Positions 56,818 through 64,000 of a stretch of 64,000 bases of DNA are shown here, in pieces; position 1 is the first letter of the stretch; every line of letters begins with the position of its first letter. The stretch lies in NCBI GenBank assembly GCA_049454295.1, contig JBMTYG010000001.1, positions 17,454 to 81,453 on the forward strand. Direction: 5' to 3'. The DNA comes from Pseudomonadales bacterium. GTDB lineage: Bacteria; Pseudomonadota; Gammaproteobacteria; Pseudomonadales; Azotimanducaceae. A program made the position numbers and the translations under genes. A model generated the notes under the pieces. It was not told the origin of the DNA and searched no databases. It worked only from the letters and a program-made list of their open reading frames with translations.

Positions 56818-58709
56818 CAGTACGCAAGCACCAGGTTGAAAAGGATGTAATCCGCTTCTTCATCCGGGAACAGGTCGTCCCATCCCTTGCCCGGCAACAG
56901 CCGCGCCCAGGACGCCCGCAACACCACGTTCTGGGTCATGAACGGCCGGTAGGTGAATGACACCGACACGTCATGCCCGATCTCCTCATCAATAGGCGCC
57001 TGATTGCGCGCCGCTTCCAGCACTTCGGTACGATCGAAGCGCAAATAATTCCAGTTCACGCTCGCGCGAAGTTCAGGCAGCACATCGAGATCGACCCCGC
57101 CGCCCACCAGCCAAAGCCCTGGGTTGGTGAAGTTCGACTGGCCTTCCTCTTTCGAAGAACGCAGCGAAGGCAGCACGCCATTGCGGCCGGACAGGGCCAC
57201 ACGACCACCACCCACCAGCGGCACCGCCTGACGGATCCAGTAGCTCGTATCGGCACCCGCAAATTGGGGGTTCTCGAAGATCGCGTCGAACCCGTTGTCC
57301 TCATCGTCGTAGGGATCTTCATCGCCCGTTGCGTAGAGGAACGAGAGTCGCGGCCGAATCCAGCTGAAATCCATCGACGCTTCCGCCGCGAAAAAGCCTG
57401 CGGCGATATCGACCTTGCGATCGACGAAAGTGCCGGGGTCGCCCTCGCCAACGGCGAGGTAGGCGGATGCGGTCAAGTTGAAACGACCAAAATGTCCATC
57501 GCCGTTCAAACCGACATAGGTGACCTCATACCCCCGCGGCCGCTCGCCGCCGACCGAGGCTGGGCGCTGGATAAAGCCGTTTTCGTCGTAATAAAAATCG
57601 TCGTCCTCGCGGTTGCTGTTGTGCATCACCGTCGCCTGCGAGACAAAGCCCTTAACAGGGAAGTCCTGCCAATACACATTGGCAGCGATCACATCGTCAT
57701 CGCGAACGGATTTGGCCACATCGTTAAGACCGCTATTGGTGTCCTTTTCGAGACGTCGAAACCAGGCCAGGTTGTACTGGAAGACGTTATTCGAACGATT
57801 TCCGAAGAGACGAACACCCAGCTGATTGTCCTGAAACAGGAAGCCACGGAAATCTGAGGAAAACGGCTGGATGCCGACACGCAGACTGTCGAAATCATAG
57901 CGATCGGACACGTTTCGCAAATGCTTGTCGACAAACAGCGCTTGAATACCCACGTGTTCATCCGTGCGGTCCTCGCCGTGGCGCGGGTTCACGTTGACGC
58001 CCTGGACTTCTTCCAGCTCGACATAATTGACGTTGAACACGGGGATAAACCGGAATTCCCAATCCGGCGGGCGGAACACGGTGTCACCCTGGTAATACAC
58101 GAACTCGAGCGCCACGTTCTCGACCGCGACGAGCTGCTCGGGTGCGCCGAAGATACCGAGTCCGCCAGGACCCGCTGTGGAATTGCCGCCCACCGGGGTC
58201 GGCACGTCACGGATCTCGAGCACGCTGTCCGAGATCACGCCCAGATTGAAGAACCAGTCATCGTGGATCGGCCGATCACCTTTCAGCGTGTTCTGGTTGT
58301 ACGGATCCCACCAATTGTCCGGGTAGCCGAGCGTGTTCACGATGCGCCAGCGGTCGGGCAGCGGCACACGGTCTACATAGTCCGGCAGCCCGGGTCGCGG
58401 CACGACCGAAGCCGGGTTGGGTTTACGATCTGCCATGGCCGGAGAAATGCGCTGCCACTCGGACTGGCGAATGCGTCGACGGGTCGCCGCATTCGATACG
58501 GGCGCAGCTGCCTCGGACGCCGTATCACTCCCCTCGGCTGGGGCCGGGCAGGGCACAGGCTTGAAGCCGGGACGCCGGCGCTGAACGATGCGACCCTCGT
58601 CGTTCTGGTAGCACACGGCCTCCGCGGCTACGGCGGTTGGCGCCCAAGGTAGCGCGAGCAGCAGCGCCGTGCTGCCACCCAGGAGCAGCCTGCTTACTTG
58701 TTTACGCAC
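56817..58709 (-). CDS. Large outer-membrane beta-barrel protein (putative porin/sheath of the cytochrome cluster)
   Basis: Signal peptide RLLLGGSTALLLALPWAPTAVA. WWDPYNQNTLKGDRPI, then several hundred residues of alternating hydrophobic/polar strands (FFNLGVISDSVLEI, VALEFVYYQG, WEFRFIPVFNVNYVEL, FQYNLAWFRRL, VSVSFTYRPF) ending in aromatic ..FNLVLAY. Start GTG 58709 or 58751; either overlaps the upstream gene. Confidence 0.75.
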   Translation of the reverse strand: MRKQVSRLLLGGSTALLLALPWAPTAVAAEAVCYQNDEGRIVQRRRPGFKPVPCPAPAEGSDTASEAAAPVSNAATRRRIRQSEWQRISPAMADRKPNPASVVPRPGLPDYVDRVPLPDRWRIVNTLGYPDNWWDPYNQNTLKGDRPIHDDWFFNLGVISDSVLEIRDVPTPVGGNSTAGPGGLGIFGAPEQLVAVENVALEFVYYQGDTVFRPPDWEFRFIPVFNVNYVELEEVQGVNVNPRHGEDRTDEHVGIQALFVDKHLRNVSDRYDFDSLRVGIQPFSSDFRGFLFQDNQLGVRLFGNRSNNVFQYNLAWFRRLEKDTNSGLNDVAKSVRDDDVIAANVYWQDFPVKGFVSQATVMHNSNREDDDFYYDENGFIQRPASVGGERPRGYEVTYVGLNGDGHFGRFNLTASAYLAVGEGDPGTFVDRKVDIAAGFFAAEASMDFSWIRPRLSFLYATGDEDPYDDEDNGFDAIFENPQFAGADTSYWIRQAVPLVGGGRVALSGRNGVLPSLRSSKEEGQSNFTNPGLWLVGGGVDLDVLPELRASVNWNYLRFDRTEVLEAARNQAPIDEEIGHDVSVSFTYRPFMTQNVVLRASWARLLPGKGWDDLFPDEEADYILFNLVLAY

Positions 58710-60718
58710 ACGTCCTCCTCGCTGCTGTCGCGGAACGGTGCCTGCGGGCACTGCACGTAGCGCAAGCGCACGTCGCGCGGTGTCAGCGTGTCCGCACGTT
58801 GCGCCCTGGGGGCATTGCCCACAGAGCCGTTGAGCGCAATGCCACCGTTGTGTGCGCCCAGAAACGCGATCATGTCGTCCTGATCGACGCCATCGCCCGA
58901 TACGCCAATACCGCCAACCAGCGTTGTGCCGCGATAGAGCGGTACCCCGCCAGGAAAGATCTGCAGCCCGTTGGCGAGCTGACGGCTATTGGTGGTCTGC
59001 GTTGCAACCAGTGACGCTGCCAGTTCGATGCCCGCGCAGTTCGTACCTACATCCGGAGTGCCTACCCCCGCGACAAACAGCACATGCTGGAGGATTGCGT
59101 TGTGCGCCAGATCGAGCTGCAATCCGGTCGAGAACGCGCTCCACTCGGCAAACGGCTTTGAGAGCGGGCCGTGTGGTTCGCTCTGCAGACCGTCCGGATA
59201 GAACGGACGCGAAAGATTGGCGATGCTGCGCTCGGCAAAAGCGATCGCGCCATCGCCAAGCAGCGTGGGCATGCCGGTGAAGGCGCGCAGGTCAGTGATG
59301 TAGGTGCCGATCGGGCTTGGCGTGAAACTGACGGCGTCAGAAGCCGTGGTCAAATACTGCGCCGCCGGCAGACCCGTTAGAAATTCCGCTGCGGTCGGGG
59401 CCGAAAACAGTGTCGCTGACCGCGCCTTCTGCAACGAAACGTCGGCACCAAACACGGGCGCGTCACGCGTGCGCACCATGCCAAGAATTTCCCCCCGGGT
59501 GTCGACTACGCTGATGGTAACCCGCGCCTGACTGCCGAGCGGACGACGGATCTGTGCGCGGGCACGATTCGCGACTGCAAGCGCCTCACGCAGGAGAACG
59601 CGCACCTCATTCTCCGAAAGCCCGCCATCGGTCCCCGCACGGGGCGGAAACCGGGGCTGATCGCTCGCATCAACAAAGATAAACGCGTCCTGCCCCGGGA
59701 AATCGACCGTGTCAGGTCTAATCCCCGAAGCCGGGTCGCCAAACGACACGCCCTGACGCAGGTTACCGTCCGTGTAGCCCGGCACGGGAACCAGCCCACC
59801 ATCCGCCGCAGTGAGCGTGCTGAACCCCGGCGCGGACGCCGGATCTCGCGCCAGATTGGAAAATTCAACATCGCTGAAGCGGAACGTCTTGCCGTCGACC
59901 GTAATCCGGTCCGCGCGTCGGTCCGGCGGTGCGGCAAACCCAAAGGTCGCGGCGGTGGCAATGAGTTCGTCCACATCGCGGTCGCTATCGGCGATAAATT
60001 TATCAAGGCTGTAGCGTCCATCTGCGATAGCACCGACGCCACCCACCACGGTGCCGTTTTTATAGAGCGGCATGCCACCGGGATCTGCAGACAGCCCAAG
60101 CGGCGACCGCTGCGGACCGACAGTGACCCCTAGTCCATCGGCGCGCTGCATGAAATCCGAGCAGGCAAGCTGGCTGAACTGGACGCCAAACAGCGGGCCC
60201 CCTGCCTGATCGCGCTCACCGGGGTTGAAGTGCTCCTGCACAATCTGGCCTGCCGTGCGGGTGGTGAAGGCGTTGCCCTCGCTCGAGAGATAAGCACCCG
60301 TGACCGCCTTGGCAATCGCTGCCTGATGGTCGAGCGCGAACGGCAGTCCCGGCTGCGGCAGTGCGATGCCCTCGAGCCCACCCGACACCGTGGCGCGCCC
60401 CTCGTCATCCGTCGCCGTCGCGATGAGCACAGGCAGCGGATCGGCGCCCATACGATAGACACCGAGGACATTACCCACCCGGTCAACGACCGCGAGCGTA
60501 GCCCGGACATCGCGCGCCTTTGCCTCAGCCACCCCCTGAGCCAGTACGCGCTCCACTTCGGCGACGGTCAGCAGCGTCGAGGTGTCGGCACAGGACCCGC
60601 TGCACCCTCCGCTCGGCGGCTGGCTGGTCCCGGTGGTGCTGCCGCTGCCACCTCCGCCACCGCAGCCGGCTAGCGCCAGAACGGCAATCAGGGCGGCAAA
60701 AAAGGGAGTTCGCATCAC
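58694..60718 (-). CDS. Lipoprotein with two GlcG/HbpS-like (DUF336, haem-binding/haem-degrading type) domains
   Basis: Lipobox AVLALAGCGGGGGSG. Domain 1: LTVAEVERVLAQGVAEAKARDVRATLAVVDRVGNVLGVYRMG..GGMPLYKNGTVVGGVGAIADG. Domain 2: LSENEVRVLLREALAVANRA..ARVTISVVDTRGEILGMVRTRDAPVFGADVSLQKARSATLFS..GGVPLYRGTTLVGGIGVSGDGVDQDDMIA. Confidence 0.7.
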   Translation of the reverse strand: MMRTPFFAALIAVLALAGCGGGGGSGSTTGTSQPPSGGCSGSCADTSTLLTVAEVERVLAQGVAEAKARDVRATLAVVDRVGNVLGVYRMGADPLPVLIATATDDEGRATVSGGLEGIALPQPGLPFALDHQAAIAKAVTGAYLSSEGNAFTTRTAGQIVQEHFNPGERDQAGGPLFGVQFSQLACSDFMQRADGLGVTVGPQRSPLGLSADPGGMPLYKNGTVVGGVGAIADGRYSLDKFIADSDRDVDELIATAATFGFAAPPDRRADRITVDGKTFRFSDVEFSNLARDPASAPGFSTLTAADGGLVPVPGYTDGNLRQGVSFGDPASGIRPDTVDFPGQDAFIFVDASDQPRFPPRAGTDGGLSENEVRVLLREALAVANRARAQIRRPLGSQARVTISVVDTRGEILGMVRTRDAPVFGADVSLQKARSATLFSAPTAAEFLTGLPAAQYLTTASDAVSFTPSPIGTYITDLRAFTGMPTLLGDGAIAFAERSIANLSRPFYPDGLQSEPHGPLSKPFAEWSAFSTGLQLDLAHNAILQHVLFVAGVGTPDVGTNCAGIELAASLVATQTTNSRQLANGLQIFPGGVPLYRGTTLVGGIGVSGDGVDQDDMIAFLGAHNGGIALNGSVGNAPRAQRADTLTPRDVRLRYVQCPQAPFRDSSEEDVCVNK

Positions 60719-62391
60719 GGGTCGGTCTCCGTCGCGACGGTGGGGTGGAATTCATGGCAATCGATGCAGTCGACGGGGATCAGCTGCGGCTGATGGCGAT
60801 CGCCATGACAACTCACGCATTGCTGAATATCCGGCATCAGCACGTCGCTGCTCGCGGTCGACGTATCCGCTGCATGGCAGTCGAGGCACGCATCGTCCCC
60901 GGCGGCGTCTTGCTGGGTCAGATGCGCGGCGTGATCGAAACGCGCGCTGCGGAAAAAGTCCGGGGTTAACCGAACCGGCGCTACCTGATAACGCCCGAGC
61001 AGATCATCCGTATCGTGCACCGCGACCTGGTGACAAGTGACACAGCCCCGCACGGTAAACTGGGTTTCTGCCTCGCGCGCGGTGCGCTCTCGAGCACAGA
61101 TATACGCCGGACCGGTGCAGGTCTCTGCCTGACGCGCATGATCGGGCAACCGACGCCAGGTTCGCTTTGGCAGGTCGAGCGTTGGGTCCGCGAACACGCG
61201 CATGTAATGACCTTCCATCACCAGCAGCGCTTCGCTGGGATTCCCGTGCGGCAATTCGCGATCAGGCGCCGTGCGATCGAACTTGAGATCATGGCAGTCG
61301 CGGCAGTGCTGCTCCATACGAATGGGCGCGAAATGTTCGCCATCGGGCTGCAGGGTGTGACAATCGGCGCACACTAGCGCAGCCCCGGTCGTGAGGTTTT
61401 GCACCTTGCCCGGATCGAGATGCACGTCGTGCGGGTACTTGAGGTTTGACGGATCCACTGCGTCTGGTAATGGGCTCGACTGCCAGGTCCAATCGTAGGC
61501 GAAGCCTGTGCCCCGCCGCACGTGACTGCTGGTGAGCAGATCAACGGCAAACGGTGCGTGGTCCGCCTCGGAGAAACCGGCCACCGCCGCGAGCCGATTG
61601 TCCGGCCAATCCGGTTCGGCGTGACAGTCGGTGCAGAGCGTATCCGCGCGGATCACCAGATGCGGCGGCGTGTTGTGTTCCTTGTGACAGGACGCGCAGC
61701 GGACGGTATCGAGCCCCACATGGCTGTTGAGCGGCTCCGGCGCGTGGTTCGCCATCGCGCCATGGCAGGTCGTGCAGGCAGTGTCCGGCACTCGTTCGAA
61801 CGGCTTCACGTGACAGGCCTTGCAATCATCGCCCACCGCGACCGCGTGCGCAGGCAGCAATGGACCGCTAGACCAGACATCATCAGTGCTCCACCAGGGA
61901 ATCGCGTCGATATCCACTGCGAAAGGAAGCACGAGTCCAAAGAGCAGCACGATGCCCGCCAAGATCCACGCCGGGCGCCGACGGCCAAGCCGGGTCTGCT
62001 CGAGATCTACGGAGAACGCTGCCTCGAACGCTGCGGGTGAAACTTCTTTCTGCGGCTCTACCTCCAGCGCCCCGGCGAATCCCGCAGGGGGCTTTAGCAC
62101 CCGCACGCGCGCGCCGGCGAGCTCAAGCGTCTGCCCTGGTTCAAGGCGACCGCTGCCCACTGCCGCCCCGTCAATCGCAACGGCGCTGCCACGCACGCAG
62201 CGAACGTCGAAGGCCACCCCAGACGGCGTAAGCGTCACATGCTGCGGCGCCACGTCGGCGCCATACACCTGAATCACCGCGTCGACCGAACTGCCCAGCG
62301 TGACTGCAGGGACTGTGACCTCCCGATCGCGAAATACCGCGCTGGGTGTGCCGGGAAGACCTGAGATGAGTTCGCGCAGAAGAATTTGCAC
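60715..62391 (-). CDS. Inner-membrane-anchored decahaem c-type cytochrome (c3/c7-like repeats) with a cytoplasmic FHA-like N-terminal domain
   Basis: Residues 20-100: FRDREVTVPAVTLGSSVDAVIQVYGADVAPQHVTLTPSGVAFDVRCVRGSAVAIDGAAVGSGRLEPGQTLELAGARVRVL (FHA-fold pattern). RLGRRRP followed by TM AWILAGIVLLFGLVLPFAV. Ten CxxCH: CKACH, CTTCH, CASCH, CTDCH, CADCH, CRDCH, CVTCH, CLDCH, CVSCH, CIDCH. Confidence 0.8.
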   Translation of the reverse strand: MQILLRELISGLPGTPSAVFRDREVTVPAVTLGSSVDAVIQVYGADVAPQHVTLTPSGVAFDVRCVRGSAVAIDGAAVGSGRLEPGQTLELAGARVRVLKPPAGFAGALEVEPQKEVSPAAFEAAFSVDLEQTRLGRRRPAWILAGIVLLFGLVLPFAVDIDAIPWWSTDDVWSSGPLLPAHAVAVGDDCKACHVKPFERVPDTACTTCHGAMANHAPEPLNSHVGLDTVRCASCHKEHNTPPHLVIRADTLCTDCHAEPDWPDNRLAAVAGFSEADHAPFAVDLLTSSHVRRGTGFAYDWTWQSSPLPDAVDPSNLKYPHDVHLDPGKVQNLTTGAALVCADCHTLQPDGEHFAPIRMEQHCRDCHDLKFDRTAPDRELPHGNPSEALLVMEGHYMRVFADPTLDLPKRTWRRLPDHARQAETCTGPAYICARERTAREAETQFTVRGCVTCHQVAVHDTDDLLGRYQVAPVRLTPDFFRSARFDHAAHLTQQDAAGDDACLDCHAADTSTASSDVLMPDIQQCVSCHGDRHQPQLIPVDCIDCHEFHPTVATETDP

Positions 62392-62400
62392 AGCGCGCCC

Positions 62401-63270
62401 CTACCAATAAATGAAGGTGGAGAGGATGTGCACGATAAGTGCCACGAGGGTACCGATAGTGAGCGGCACATGCAGGTATAACCACGCCTTGAGCCAGCCC
62501 TGCAGGCGAATATCGGAACGCAGCCGGCGCAACACGGCCTGACGCCGGCAGAGCACCGCCAGCAGGTCTTGCAGCACGCCAACCTCCGCGCGTCGATCCG
62601 CGCGCGTCAGCCGGCCTGCGACCAGGTCGATCACCGGCGCCTGGTCGATATTTGGCTGGACACCGCCCTCAAGGGTCTCGAACGCGGAGCGGTCGCGTGC
62701 AGAGAGCTGCGCCGCGACACCGCCGCCTAAGGTGGTGCGTGCAATACTCGATTGCACGGCGAGCTGCACGTCGGCACTGGAACGAGCAGCCAGCTCGCGT
62801 CCCTTGCGATTCAGCTCATACAATTCCGCAAACAGCTCCGAGCGCCCATGCCCGGCGCGGAGCGTCGCAATCTGTAGCGGATAATTGAGGTAACCATACA
62901 GCCCGACGATGCCGCTCACGATGACGATAGACATGAGCGCCCACGCGAGCGTGTGAATATTCCAACCGAACTGGAATCCACAGTGCAGGGTCGCAAGCAC
63001 CCAAACCGCGAGACCCAGGTAGACATGAGCCGAGGTCCAACCCTGCACGGTACCAGAGCGCGCCCGATAGCTGCGCTTGCGAATTCCAAGCCAGGCGAGC
63101 CAGACAATCAGAAGCGCCGCCCAGGTGCCAAGGACATAGCCTTGCCAGGTACCTCCGTTCGGCGGCTCAGTAGTCTGGTGCGAAACATAAATACCAATGC
63201 CGCCCGCAATGCTGAACAGCCCCCACCAGAGATACCGATAGCTACGGTATCGGAGCAGATTAGCGAACAT
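62401..63270 (-). CDS. Five-TM membrane protein with two His-x13-His pairs (putative di-haem b, ferric-reductase-domain-like)
   Basis: Trimmed to ATG 63270 (289 aa). TM3 SAHVYLGLAVWVLATLHCG (H82/H96) and TM5 WLYLHVPLTIGTLVALIVHIL (H267/H281), each with exactly 13 intervening residues. About 130-aa soluble loop between TM4 and TM5. Confidence 0.65.
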   Translation of the reverse strand: MFANLLRYRSYRYLWWGLFSIAGGIGIYVSHQTTEPPNGGTWQGYVLGTWAALLIVWLAWLGIRKRSYRARSGTVQGWTSAHVYLGLAVWVLATLHCGFQFGWNIHTLAWALMSIVIVSGIVGLYGYLNYPLQIATLRAGHGRSELFAELYELNRKGRELAARSSADVQLAVQSSIARTTLGGGVAAQLSARDRSAFETLEGGVQPNIDQAPVIDLVAGRLTRADRRAEVGVLQDLLAVLCRRQAVLRRLRSDIRLQGWLKAWLYLHVPLTIGTLVALIVHILSTFIYW

Positions 63271-64000
63271 CGGACTGCAGCAGCCGAATGAACTGTTCAG
63301 GGTTGACGCGCTGGGCCGCACCCGTGGGGCACGCGCGCACACATGCGTAGCCCAATGGGTCATTCACGCAAGCGTCGCACTTGACCGCCCGTTTGCCCTG
63401 TTCTTTCGACCGCGCGTCCGGCGTGAATGAAGCCGGCTCGCCCGGACCCGGCCCGCGGCCGAACAAAAGCCATTGCAGCAGACCCGGCTTCTGCGGCGCA
63501 GCATAGGAGAGACGAATCACATCGTAGGGGCAGTTCGCTTCACAGTTGCCACAGCCAATGCAGGTATCAGCGATATAGACCTGCCCGTCTGCGGCACGGG
63601 AGATGGCGTTGGGCGGACAATCCTTCATGCAATGCGGATGCTCGCAGTGACGACAGGCGATCGGCACATGAATATTGGCGAAGGTCTTGCCCGCCGCGCG
63701 ATCCAGGCGCGAGAGCCCCTCATGGGTCTCGGCGCAGGCGCGCTCGCAGTTGTCGCAGCCGATACAGAGCGTCTCGTCAATCAGGAGGGTATCCGTTGCT
63801 TCACCGAGCCCTTCCTCGAGCAGGAAGCTCATGATGCCGCTGCTCTCCGGGCGCACCTCCATCTGCGTATTGTCCGTCAGCCGCGCCTGCGCCCGAGCCT
63901 GCAGCGCTTCGATGTTGGCGGACGGCAAATTCATCAGCGCAAGGAACTCCTTGCGGGATAGTTCGATGGTTTCCGTCGCCACCGTCGCGAGCGCGGTTTC
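63260..64000 (-). CDS. Ferredoxin-type protein with four [4Fe-4S]-like Cys groups (3' part; the reading frame stays open to the window end)
   Basis: CIGCDNCERAC, CRHCEHPHCMKDCP, CIGCGNCEANCP, CDACVND..CVRACP (DmsB/NrfC-like arrangement). The track start at 63982 is an internal GTG, and the frame continues upstream (..ETALATVATETIELSRKEFLALMN), so a further N-terminal domain lies outside the window. Confidence 0.75.
   Translation of the reverse strand, partial: ETALATVATETIELSRKEFLALMNLPSANIEALQARAQARLTDNTQMEVRPESSGIMSFLLEEGLGEATDTLLIDETLCIGCDNCERACAETHEGLSRLDRAAGKTFANIHVPIACRHCEHPHCMKDCPPNAISRAADGQVYIADTCIGCGNCEANCPYDVIRLSYAAPQKPGLLQWLLFGRGPGPGEPASFTPDARSKEQGKRAVKCDACVNDPLGYACVRACPTGAAQRVNPEQFIRLLQSDVR

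Noticed and set aside
52475-58652. Series of 200-300-aa + ORFs (52475..53134, 53782..54552, 55279..55923, 56973..57857, 57921..58652) inside the cytochrome/porin cluster
   Set aside because: All are antisense to minus-strand ORFs that carry regularly spaced CxxCH sites, LVIVD repeats or beta-barrel strand patterns. The + products are Arg/His/Val-rich without signal peptides or motifs.

Overview
GC-rich chromosomal window. Its gene order looks gammaproteobacterial (inference from synteny: trxA-rho, hemCDXY, argH, lptM-lysA-dapF-DUF484-xerC-HAD, glnK-amtB, ubiK-comM). About two thirds (1-45.6 kb) is housekeeping or ordinary metabolism: partial nadE, two acyl-CoA dehydrogenases, ppx/gppA, trxA, rho, haem biosynthesis, argH, lysine/threonine genes, a porin-glnK-amtB nitrogen unit, a compact leucine-catabolic carboxylase operon, alr, cytochromes c4/c5, htpX, dacB and a block of small hydrolase/VOC/NTF2-type enzymes. 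The last third (45.7-64 kb) is the interesting part. It holds a membrane Ser/Thr kinase, a lipoprotein hydrolase and a secreted Sel1-caspase protein. These abut a nine-gene, single-strand, tightly packed cluster: a 4x[4Fe-4S] protein (runs off the window), a membrane protein with two His-x13-His pairs, a membrane-anchored decahaem cytochrome with a cytoplasmic FHA-like head, a lipoprotein with two GlcG/DUF336 domains, a 644-aa outer-membrane barrel, a 1266-aa decahaem cytochrome fused to LVIVD propeller repeats, a c554-like multihaem protein, and then, in the same packed unit, a tail-anchored PP2C phosphatase and a tail-anchored double-FHA protein. I read this as a trans-envelope electron conduit wired to Thr-phosphorylation signalling, a combination I do not recognise as described. 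No rRNA, tRNA, CRISPR array, transposase or prophage gene was seen. Many long ORFs in the track are antisense or alternative-frame shadows typical of GC-rich DNA. Several track ORFs are N-terminally over-extended, because the track accepts GTG/TTG as well as ATG starts, so I trimmed their starts. All family calls rest on motif and pattern recognition by eye; no searches were run.
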